A DNA stretch of 64,000 nucleotides from Candidatus Delongbacteria bacterium (GTDB taxonomy: Bacteria > CAIWAD01): NCBI GenBank assembly GCA_963663545.1, contig OY760505.1, positions 544,001-608,000 of the forward strand, in the 5' to 3' direction. Below, piece by piece: positions 55,935-64,000 of this stretch; within the stretch, counting starts at the first letter, position 1, and every line of letters starts with the position of its first letter. The translations under genes were made by a program, and so were the position numbers. The notes beneath the pieces are model-generated. The model saw nothing but the letters and a program-made list of their open reading frames with translations, did not search any database and was not told the origin of the DNA.

Positions 55935-56954
55935 CTACCAAGTGATACCCAGGCTGTAGCGAACCACGCTTTCCAAACGACCCATGTCTTCCCACGAGGC
56001 ATCGAGCTTCAATCCCAGGCCACTTAGCATGGGAATCTGCAAACCGGCGCCCACCGTCAGGCCACCTTCCTTGTCCGTCAGGAAGATCTCGTTGTACCCA
56101 CCGCGCACAAAGAAACGGTTCATGAAGCCGTATTCGGCACCCACGTTGATGAACTCCGAGTTGTCAACCGGGTGAACCGCATCGGCTGCCAGCAGCAAGG
56201 AATGCTGCGGAGTGGCGATGGCGTACCCCGAAAGGCCCATGCGGAAAGTCAACGGCAACGGCCAGTCTTCATTGTAGAGCTCCGCCGGAACCGAGGGATT
56301 GTTACCACGAGAGTTCTCATCCTCGTCGTAGCCAATCAACATGTCCGAACCACTCATCGCCATTTCGGTGCCGTAATTATAGATGCCCATGCCCAAAACC
56401 ACATCGTGCCAGCCTGTGTGATACAAGGTTCCCACATCCAAAGCGACCGCGCTGGAAGACATGTGCCAGATTTTCGACTGAATGTACTTGCCGGTCATGC
56501 CCAGCGTAAAGCGGTCTGTGAAGCGCATGGCGAAGGTCAGCCCCATGGACATGTCGCTGGCCGAATAGAACTCGCCCGTTCCGTCCTGCTCCTCAATCGT
56601 GGTGACTTCAGTCTCGCCGTAATCCAGGTAGATCAGGCTGGCTCCAATGGAGTAGTAGTCGCCCAGCGGTGTTACAAAGCCAAGGTAGTTCATGGTGGTT
56701 TCTACCAGATACTCGGTTTGTAAGGCCATCACTTCCGAGCCCTGGATTTCCAGCGAACCCGCCGGATTCCAGTAGAGACAGGAGGCGTCATCGGCGATCG
56801 CCGTGTAGGCACCGCCCATGCCCTGCGCCCTACTGCCCTGTTCGATGGTCAGAAATGCGCCTGCTGTTGTTCCCACGCGCGTGATTCCCGCCAGCGAGCT
56901 GCCTGCCAGTGTCAGAAGCAGGCCCAGCATAATTGTATTGCGATTGGTCTTCAT
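55935..56954 (-). CDS. PorV/PorQ family outer-membrane beta-barrel
   Basis: GTTAGAFLTI..GSRA.GMGGAY.AIADDAS.LYWNPAG, FTDRF, A.DVGTLY, PLPLTFR.G, GAEY. Confidence 0.85.
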   Translation of the reverse strand: MKTNRNTIMLGLLLTLAGSSLAGITRVGTTAGAFLTIEQGSRAQGMGGAYTAIADDASCLYWNPAGSLEIQGSEVMALQTEYLVETTMNYLGFVTPLGDYYSIGASLIYLDYGETEVTTIEEQDGTGEFYSASDMSMGLTFAMRFTDRFTLGMTGKYIQSKIWHMSSSAVALDVGTLYHTGWHDVVLGMGIYNYGTEMAMSGSDMLIGYDEDENSRGNNPSVPAELYNEDWPLPLTFRMGLSGYAIATPQHSLLLAADAVHPVDNSEFINVGAEYGFMNRFFVRGGYNEIFLTDKEGGLTVGAGLQIPMLSGLGLKLDASWEDMGRLESVVRYSLGITW

Positions 56955-56969
56955 GCTTCTCTCCTTGGC

Positions 56970-59900
56970 CTACTTGATCAGGGCAAACTTGCCACGATGC
57001 TCACCCGCCGGGCTGTCCACGTGGTAGAAGTACATGCCCGTGGCCACGTCCAGTCCTTCCTTGGACTTCAGGTTCCAATCCAGACTGCCGTCCCAGACTT
57101 CCTCGTCGTGATACAGGGTCTGCACCAGTTCGCCACGCACCGTGTAGACGCGCACCGTGCAGCGCGGTGGCAAGTGAATGAACTGAATCTTGCGTGCACC
57201 GCGGTTACCCGAAATGGGCGCCTCTTCCCACACCGCGCTGGCGATGTAGGGATTGGGCACAACGCGAATGTCACTGAGTTCCGTGCCACTGGTGCTTACA
57301 TTCCAATCGGCACCCTGAACAATGAAGGAATAGCGATCCATCTTGTCGAAGGGACGCAGGGTGTAGGCGTAGTACTCGTTGCCGACAGCCGGGTAGAGAT
57401 AGCTCTCAGGCGTGCCAGCCACGGATCCTAAAGTCCACGAATAAACCGAATCGCCGTCCGCTTCTTCATAGAACAGCAAATTGTCGCCGTAGTGAATGGG
57501 CTCAGCCTCCACATCCGTGCTGCGATGCTCATCATCATCCGGTGAGAGGCTGATGTTCGGATTGTAGATCCAGAACTGTACCGGCGTCTCGTTGTCACCG
57601 ACCACCTTGTATAGACGGAACATGCTACTGTGGCCGGGAAGAAGATTTCTGAAGACTCGCGGATAGCGCGTCGAATCGGCAAAGACCTGTGGTGAACGTG
57701 CATAAGCGCCCGTGCCCGGATCGACCACTTCCAGACGATAGTTGTCAGGAATGGCTGTTCCACGCAGGAAGGTAATGCCGCCACTATCCAGATTGGCCAG
57801 TCGTAGCGACCAGGGCATCACCAGGCTGTCACCCACCTGCTCGACGGTCCAGCCGGAGTTTTCGGAGTCCAGCTTGATATCCCAGTCATTATCAAACTCA
57901 ACGCGCACGCCTTCCACTACAGGGAAGTAGTTGCTGTGCGTAGTCTGATAGCCCGTCAGATCCAGACAGAGCTGCTTGTGCACCAGGTTGTAGTAATAGG
58001 TGAACTGGACTTCGTACAGGGTCTCGGTATCCAGCGTGTCCAGGAAGGGATCCAGGAAGACCACCAGACCGGAGTCAAAATTCACGTCGATGACACCGGT
58101 GCTGTCCAGGACTTCACCAGTATCCAAACGCGTGTTCACTTCAAGAATCTGATTGTAGCTCAGCAGACGGGCCTCGAAGCCTTCGGCCTGCACACCTGCG
58201 TGAGCCAGACCCTGCTGGGGGGTCTCAGTGTTGATGGAATACACTTCCTGCGCTGGCGGTACGCCTTCGCGGGTCATGGTCCAGGCAAAAGCAGGCACCA
58301 TCACCTCGCCCAGCAGGGAGCGCACTGAATCGTAGGGGATTTCCGACACTTCCAGCACCCACACACTGTCACCGATGATGTTGTTCCAGCGCCATCTCCA
58401 AGTGGAATCAGGCGTGTATTCCGTGTACTCCCAACCGACAACATCCTCAATGCGTCCGGTTGTATCTGGAATCATGGAGATCGTGTAGGTTCCACCGTCT
58501 ACCAACGCGGTCTCGTCCACAATCGCTGGAGACACCAGACCCGTTGCATCACCGATGTCGTGACTTGCCTCGGCAAGCACAAGCGGAGGCACGTATCCGG
58601 AAACCGGCGCAGTCGGTGTCACATAAGCCGTGTTCACATCCAATGTCACAAGGCCGCCTGCATCCAGACTGGCCTGCTTGGCGCATTCCGCTGGCAGGAA
58701 ACCGGCCACTTCGTCACCCGCATCGTAGGAAGTGACGGCGTAGAAGTAGCTGCGTCCGTTGACGGCTGTGGTATCCACCCAGGAGTGTACCAAACCGCTG
58801 TTGTCGCCCAGATAATACTGGGTGCCGCGATAAGGAATCGCAAAATAGCCCTCGACATCATCAACAAGGTCGAACTGGGCTACGGGCAGAAAGGCGCTTT
58901 GCGTGCCCTGGCCATCGGTGATCACGTAGTTGTCCAGAAAACCTGCGTCGGTGGCGCGATAAATGCGATAGCCCTGGAAATCGCGCAGGTGGCTGACGCG
59001 GTCCACCGAGAACTCGGCACGGTCATCCCAGTAGAGGGTCACCTGTCCGTCACCGGGAACGGCGGTCACAATCGGCTTGGCGGGCGGCTGAATGAAATTG
59101 TAGTTCTCGTCGTAGATGGTCTGCACCGTGCTCAGGTTCTCGAGGATGTCGTCTTCGGTCTCACCAAAGACCACGGCCAGAGAAATGCGCTGTGTCTCAC
59201 CCGCGCGCAGTGGGAAATAACCCGTGCCGTAGATGAAGTCATAATCAGCACCTTCAGTGCCTGTCGAATCAAACCTGCCAGGCGCCATGCGATTCCAGGT
59301 ATCGCTGTCATCACTTGGCGAAAACTCGTTGAACTCAAACTCATTAAAACTGGTCAAACCGATCTGATCGGATTCGGTAATGTCCAGAGCGTCGAAGTGG
59401 GGTTCGCCAGCAGTAGGAATGCCGTCGCCCTCTCCACTATCACCGGTGGCAGGTTGACCATCGGATCCAAGGTCGTCGTATTCCGGATCCCAGTCGCCGT
59501 CGTTGTCAATGCCGTCGTCGCGACGCTCATCAATAAGGTAATCGTAAGCCTGCAGAACGGCCAGGGGCACTTCCACCCACTCATCGCCTGCGGGAGTACC
59601 GAGTCCCAATTCCTGCCAATCGAAATAGGCCGCACCAGTGAAAGCCTGGTTCTCATCAATCAGGCCGTTGAAGTTATCGTCCAACAGGTTTCCGGGGATC
59701 TCGGCAACAACAACACCGTCATAGAGCTTAAGTTGTTCGTTGCGCCAGGTCAGAATCAGAGTATCCTGAGCGGGCACATTGACGATATAGCGCGGATACA
59801 GACCGGACTCGTGCTCATAGTCGATGACCACTACTTCATCACCCGCCAAAAGCTGCTTGTCGGAGAGCATCTCCTCCAGAACCTCTTCCGTCAGGCGTGG

Positions 59901-61619
59901 AACGATAAGTGTATCACCCTGACTATCGCCGTCATTATCAATCCAGTCCACGCTGTTACCTGGTGATTCCAGGAAAGCGTAGCCAACTCGACCGACATTG
60001 ACTACGCCCGGATGAACCGGAACCCAGTTGGAATCCTGCGAACGGTCATCCTCGTCCTCTGTGTAACAGAATTCCTCGTCCAGCAGGAAGTGATTGATGT
60101 CATCGCTGGAGTCACCATCGCCACCCACCAGGGTGCCGCAGACCATACCGAAGACCACTTTGTCATAGTTGATGTCGCTGGCATTGGTAATGTCGTAGAG
60201 CCAGAAGATGACATCCTCGGCCAGACTGTGCGCCCACTGCATACCACGCACGCTGACCTTCAGGCCCATACCGCCGTGGGTTGTATCATCGGCGAAGGGC
60301 TGAATGCGGCGAATGGGCTGGTACACATGATCCTCGGGATCCTCACCGATGAGCTTGACAACTCTTTCGCTACCAGCGTAGGGGCTGAAGATGCCCAGCG
60401 TGAAGGTACTGTTATCATCGGGCAGACACGATGTGTAGTAACGGTACTGACTACCGCTGGAAGTACGGATATTGAAATGATGCAAGCCATCACTGTTGCT
60501 GGTGGCAGGCAGCGAGATATAGTCGCTTATATCGCCGTAGCCCGACAATGCGGCCACAGTCTGGCCGTCTACCTGAAACTCAAGTCCAGTGACATTGGAG
60601 TCCGCAACCATGTGCAGAAAGCGTACCTGACGTGGTGCGCTGCAGGGTTGATCCTGATAGCTGATCAGTTCCAGACTTATAGTAGGTGAGTCTTCATTGA
60701 TATCAAGCACGCTGCCGCTGAAGACACCGGTAACCCGCGTTCCCGCAGCCGGTGCCTGAAACTGCAACACTGTCTGCATGCTGGGGCTGTTCAAGGTCGA
60801 CCCTGCCTGCAGGTTATAGGTACCTGGAGCCAAACTAAGGTAACCGTAGTAAGCGCCCGCCATGACAGGATCCATTGCCATGAGGATTTCGCCATTGCTG
60901 TTGAGAATGCGATAGGCTAGACGCTCTGTAGTCGTGTTGGCATATACGGAGAACACGGGGCGGAAGTAGCTGCGTCCACTTGGAACGTTCACCGGTGTGG
61001 ACGGAAAGTTCTCGCGCCAGAAGCAGCGGTCCACATTGTCCGGTTGACCGTAATCGGTCTGCATGAACTCCATATCCAGGTTGTCGTCCATCCAGAAGTA
61101 GCTCTCCTGGTCGGCGTTGAGCACGTCACGACCGAAGTAGCCGTTCCAGGAGCCGGGCCAGCCCTTGTCGGGCCAGGTATTCGGCCAGGACAGGGGCATG
61201 TGGCTCATGGCGATCAGGTTCGTATCGTTGTTGGCAAAGCCGTCCATGGGCGCAAAGGTCCAGTATTCGGCGATGTTCTGCGGATTGACATCGTAGCGTT
61301 GGCGCGGGCTGCGGCTGTGAGCCACACTGCGGTAGGCTTTGCCGGTTAGCGCGTTGAAGTACTCCACACCCACCAGAATGGACACGTCACCCACGTAGTT
61401 GTCGCCGGTTCCGCGGGGCCACTCAAACGAAAAGGCGTCAATGCCTTCGTAGCGACCGATCTCACCGGAATTGTAGAAGACCGTTCGCACCATGTTGCCC
61501 GAGTGCATGTTTTTCTTGCGGGTGTCCATGGTGCCGTATTCGTCGTCGTACCATTCTCCCTGCGCCAGCAGCGGCAGAAGGAGGGCAACGAGCAGAAATA
61601 GTGAAGTGATTTTCTTCAT
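56970..61619 (-). CDS. Large secreted protein (Asp-rich repeats, FN3, DUF4397-like insert, CTD-like C-terminus)
   Basis: Signal peptide; EWPRGTG; DGIDNDGDW; PGDGQVTLYWD..DFQGYRIYR; C-terminal IRVVPNPY...IQFIHLP..CTVRVYTVRGELV...GMYFYHV..GKFALIK. Confidence 0.8.
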   Translation of the reverse strand: MKKITSLFLLVALLLPLLAQGEWYDDEYGTMDTRKKNMHSGNMVRTVFYNSGEIGRYEGIDAFSFEWPRGTGDNYVGDVSILVGVEYFNALTGKAYRSVAHSRSPRQRYDVNPQNIAEYWTFAPMDGFANNDTNLIAMSHMPLSWPNTWPDKGWPGSWNGYFGRDVLNADQESYFWMDDNLDMEFMQTDYGQPDNVDRCFWRENFPSTPVNVPSGRSYFRPVFSVYANTTTERLAYRILNSNGEILMAMDPVMAGAYYGYLSLAPGTYNLQAGSTLNSPSMQTVLQFQAPAAGTRVTGVFSGSVLDINEDSPTISLELISYQDQPCSAPRQVRFLHMVADSNVTGLEFQVDGQTVAALSGYGDISDYISLPATSNSDGLHHFNIRTSSGSQYRYYTSCLPDDNSTFTLGIFSPYAGSERVVKLIGEDPEDHVYQPIRRIQPFADDTTHGGMGLKVSVRGMQWAHSLAEDVIFWLYDITNASDINYDKVVFGMVCGTLVGGDGDSSDDINHFLLDEEFCYTEDEDDRSQDSNWVPVHPGVVNVGRVGYAFLESPGNSVDWIDNDGDSQGDTLIVPRLTEEVLEEMLSDKQLLAGDEVVVIDYEHESGLYPRYIVNVPAQDTLILTWRNEQLKLYDGVVVAEIPGNLLDDNFNGLIDENQAFTGAAYFDWQELGLGTPAGDEWVEVPLAVLQAYDYLIDERRDDGIDNDGDWDPEYDDLGSDGQPATGDSGEGDGIPTAGEPHFDALDITESDQIGLTSFNEFEFNEFSPSDDSDTWNRMAPGRFDSTGTEGADYDFIYGTGYFPLRAGETQRISLAVVFGETEDDILENLSTVQTIYDENYNFIQPPAKPIVTAVPGDGQVTLYWDDRAEFSVDRVSHLRDFQGYRIYRATDAGFLDNYVITDGQGTQSAFLPVAQFDLVDDVEGYFAIPYRGTQYYLGDNSGLVHSWVDTTAVNGRSYFYAVTSYDAGDEVAGFLPAECAKQASLDAGGLVTLDVNTAYVTPTAPVSGYVPPLVLAEASHDIGDATGLVSPAIVDETALVDGGTYTISMIPDTTGRIEDVVGWEYTEYTPDSTWRWRWNNIIGDSVWVLEVSEIPYDSVRSLLGEVMVPAFAWTMTREGVPPAQEVYSINTETPQQGLAHAGVQAEGFEARLLSYNQILEVNTRLDTGEVLDSTGVIDVNFDSGLVVFLDPFLDTLDTETLYEVQFTYYYNLVHKQLCLDLTGYQTTHSNYFPVVEGVRVEFDNDWDIKLDSENSGWTVEQVGDSLVMPWSLRLANLDSGGITFLRGTAIPDNYRLEVVDPGTGAYARSPQVFADSTRYPRVFRNLLPGHSSMFRLYKVVGDNETPVQFWIYNPNISLSPDDDEHRSTDVEAEPIHYGDNLLFYEEADGDSVYSWTLGSVAGTPESYLYPAVGNEYYAYTLRPFDKMDRYSFIVQGADWNVSTSGTELSDIRVVPNPYIASAVWEEAPISGNRGARKIQFIHLPPRCTVRVYTVRGELVQTLYHDEEVWDGSLDWNLKSKEGLDVATGMYFYHVDSPAGEHRGKFALIK

Positions 61620-61639
61620 TGAAGGAATCCCCCGACGCA

Positions 61640-64000
61640 TTAGAAGCTGTACCGCACACCAACCGTGACCTGACGCGGACGTGACCAGTGGGTGGGCTCC
61701 ACATAGAGCTCGGCGGCACTGCTCTGCCAGTCCAGATCATAACCCGCACGTCCCGTCTTGCTGTAGACGCCGTTTTCGTTAGCACGGTCCAGCAGGTTCA
61801 GCACCTGAAAGTGCGCCTGCATGGCATGGCCGTTGGGCAGCGGTAGCGGAATATTGTAGTAGCCGGAGAGGTCGACGTTCATGTAGACGGGCTTGCGACC
61901 ACTGTTGGATAGCAGGCCCACAACCGGCTCATCGGAGCTGGGATCCGGCGTGTAGGGGGTGCCACTTCCGTAGGTGAAGATCGTGGACACGCCCCACAGG
62001 TCGTTGTAGTTGTAGGAACCCGTCAGATTCAGCGTATGGCGGCGATCCCAGTCCATTGGTATGAGGTACTTGTTCACTTCGCCTCCGCCGGCGGCCTCGT
62101 TGCGAGCCGCAGCGGGATCGGAAGCATTGGCTTCAGACTGCTGCCAGGTGTAATCCATGCCCAACATGACACTACTGCCGATGCGCTGATCCAGGGTGAC
62201 GGTCACGCCCTTTACCGACCCGAAGTCACGGTTGGTGTACATGTAGTAGTAGTCCACCGTGGTGGTCTCGATGATCAGGTCAGTGGAGACCAGATCGCGA
62301 ATATCGCGGCTGTAGAGGCTGACATCCAAGCCGGTGGACTCACCGATTTGCTGTTGCAGACCGATTTCGTACTGCACCGTGCGCTCAACCTTCAGGTCCG
62401 GGTTGCCCACAATGGTGTCGGTGCCCGTAAGTTCCAGATCCGGGTTGGTGTAGAGCACTTCAAAGGAGGGTCGCTGGAAGAAGTGACCGTAGCTGAAGTG
62501 AATCATACCCGCATCGGAAATGGGATACGCCACTGCCACGCGCGGGCTGAGGGCCCACTTCATGCTGACGTCCTCCCACTCCGTGTTTGGATCGTCGAGA
62601 TAGCGCAACTCGGTCAGGTCCTTGGGCAGCTTCCAGTTGGCATCGAAGAAGTCCAGACGCAGACCGATGTTCAGCGTGATCTGGTCAAACTCCATCTTGT
62701 CCTGCACGTAGGCTGCGCCCTCGTAAGGATAGCGCGTGTAGCGATTGTAGTTTGCGCCCAGGGGCTCAACAATCTCACCATCCCTGAACGACACATTACG
62801 ATCCCAGAAAAAGATACGGTGCGTCTTCACCTCAAAGCCGGTCTTCATCTCGTGATAGCGGCCCAGCTGGTGTGACACATTACCGCGGCCGATCCAGGAA
62901 TCGGTGCGACGCTGGAAATTGGCGTTTTCGGTGCCACCGATACTGGCCGTGCCCACGTAGATCGTGTTCGAGGTATACTCGTCCTGCCAGGCATTGGCCC
63001 CGCCGAAGTCGTAGTAGTAGTACGCGTTGGTCGGCCATTCTGAGGTATCCATGTAGCGCGAGTCCATGATATCCTCATAGCGCCAATGATGATAGCGGCT
63101 CAGAGAATGCGACACGCTGAGATCCATGAAAGTGGCGCTGGAAGGCACGAAGTCCCATTTCAGCGAAGACGTCTGCTGCAGGCTGTAGCGCTGCAGGCGG
63201 CCATCCGGTGTGAAGCGCCAGGAGCTGCTGTACTCCTGATAGTCGCGGTCGTTGATCATGTAATTCAAGCGCAGCTTGCTGGTGGGGCTGAAAGCGTAGG
63301 TCAGTTTGAGCTGTGCCGAGCGCTTGACCTCAGTGTTCATGTGCACATACTCGGCACTGTCACCGTCGTCGCCCTCGGCCATCAGGTACAGCTCGCGGCT
63401 GTACTCGTTGGCCCAGGTCATCCACGTATCCAGGCTGTCTGCGGACCAGTTCTGCACATCCTGCGCCCAGAAGAGGCTGTCCAGGTAATGGTCCACCGGG
63501 AATACCAGGGTATCACCCGTCTGTGTAACCCAGCCGTTGAAGCCCTGATACTCGTCCATGAACACGCGGAACACGCGACCATTGTTATCGCCGTAGAAGC
63601 TGTTTTGCAGCGGATCGAACAGGTCGAGGCCATCAAGCCAGCCGTCGTTCTTGTAATAGCGGCCGGTCATGTTGAAGCTGAGTTTGGGAATGCCGAAAAT
63701 GGGGCCGGAAAGGTTAAACTCGGCGTTGCCGATGTTGAAGGCCTCCAGCTCGTCAACATTCCAGAACTTGTCCGTGGAATTGGACACATAGTCGCCAGCG
63801 TAGAAGTTGACGCTTCCCTCGAGCTTGTCGTTGCCATCGCGGGTCACCGTGTTCACCACACCGGACATGGCCTGGCCGTACTCGGCGTTAAAAGTACCCG
63901 TAATGACCTGCAGCTCCTGCACCATGGAGACCTGCACATCCACACCACTACTGTTGTCGTACACGTCGGTGACCGGAATGCCGTCGACCATGTAGAGCAC
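61640..64000 (-). CDS. TonB-dependent receptor (5' end outside the window)
   Basis: Plug YMVDGIPV...ELQVITGTFNAEYGQAMSGVVN.VT; YVQDKMEF, SPRVAVAYPI, GNPDLK.ERT.QYEIG; ends YSF. Confidence 0.93.
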   Translation of the reverse strand: MLYMVDGIPVTDVYDNSSGVDVQVSMVQELQVITGTFNAEYGQAMSGVVNTVTRDGNDKLEGSVNFYAGDYVSNSTDKFWNVDELEAFNIGNAEFNLSGPIFGIPKLSFNMTGRYYKNDGWLDGLDLFDPLQNSFYGDNNGRVFRVFMDEYQGFNGWVTQTGDTLVFPVDHYLDSLFWAQDVQNWSADSLDTWMTWANEYSRELYLMAEGDDGDSAEYVHMNTEVKRSAQLKLTYAFSPTSKLRLNYMINDRDYQEYSSSWRFTPDGRLQRYSLQQTSSLKWDFVPSSATFMDLSVSHSLSRYHHWRYEDIMDSRYMDTSEWPTNAYYYYDFGGANAWQDEYTSNTIYVGTASIGGTENANFQRRTDSWIGRGNVSHQLGRYHEMKTGFEVKTHRIFFWDRNVSFRDGEIVEPLGANYNRYTRYPYEGAAYVQDKMEFDQITLNIGLRLDFFDANWKLPKDLTELRYLDDPNTEWEDVSMKWALSPRVAVAYPISDAGMIHFSYGHFFQRPSFEVLYTNPDLELTGTDTIVGNPDLKVERTVQYEIGLQQQIGESTGLDVSLYSRDIRDLVSTDLIIETTTVDYYYMYTNRDFGSVKGVTVTLDQRIGSSVMLGMDYTWQQSEANASDPAAARNEAAGGGEVNKYLIPMDWDRRHTLNLTGSYNYNDLWGVSTIFTYGSGTPYTPDPSSDEPVVGLLSNSGRKPVYMNVDLSGYYNIPLPLPNGHAMQAHFQVLNLLDRANENGVYSKTGRAGYDLDWQSSAAELYVEPTHWSRPRQVTVGVRYSF

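Overview
A GC-rich (roughly 60% by eye) chromosomal segment of a diderm bacterium. It is probably FCB-superphylum, judging by T9SS-type C-terminal domains, PorV/PorQ, a Bacteroidota-type LptD and a TonB-dependent receptor; this placement is inference. Layout: 1-11.5 kb is a minus-strand cluster of exported proteins (TlpA, two LPP20-like lipoproteins, two FGE-sulfatase/CLec-fold proteins with DGR-like C-termini, PEGA proteins) interrupted by a DUF4160/HTH toxin-antitoxin-like pair. 11.7-20.3 kb is HIT-macrodomain-sucA-sucB-lpdA-M3 peptidase. 20-29 kb holds more exported proteins. 29-33 kb is gap-pgk-tpiA-secG-tRNA-Leu and tRNA-Val. 33-54 kb holds cstA, lptD, GNAT, a lectin/PKD protein, a flippase, a beta-roll/HEAT protein, an inactive-looking IS200 TnpA homologue, rpmB, an apparently ATPase-dead ClpA-like protein, a radical SAM fusion, phoR and phoU. 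54-64 kb is a TBDR/large CTD protein/PorV/CBM20 cassette. Most striking signals: (1) the heptamer GTGATAC/GTATCAC, about 80 copies by hand count against about 5-6 expected, on both strands and in several reading frames; (2) two candidate remote DGR targets with no RT or template repeat in the window; (3) a pseudo-ATPase Clp that keeps its ClpP-docking IGF loop; (4) a dispersed repeat family with an 11-bp period. All counts and alignments were done by eye and no database searches were run.
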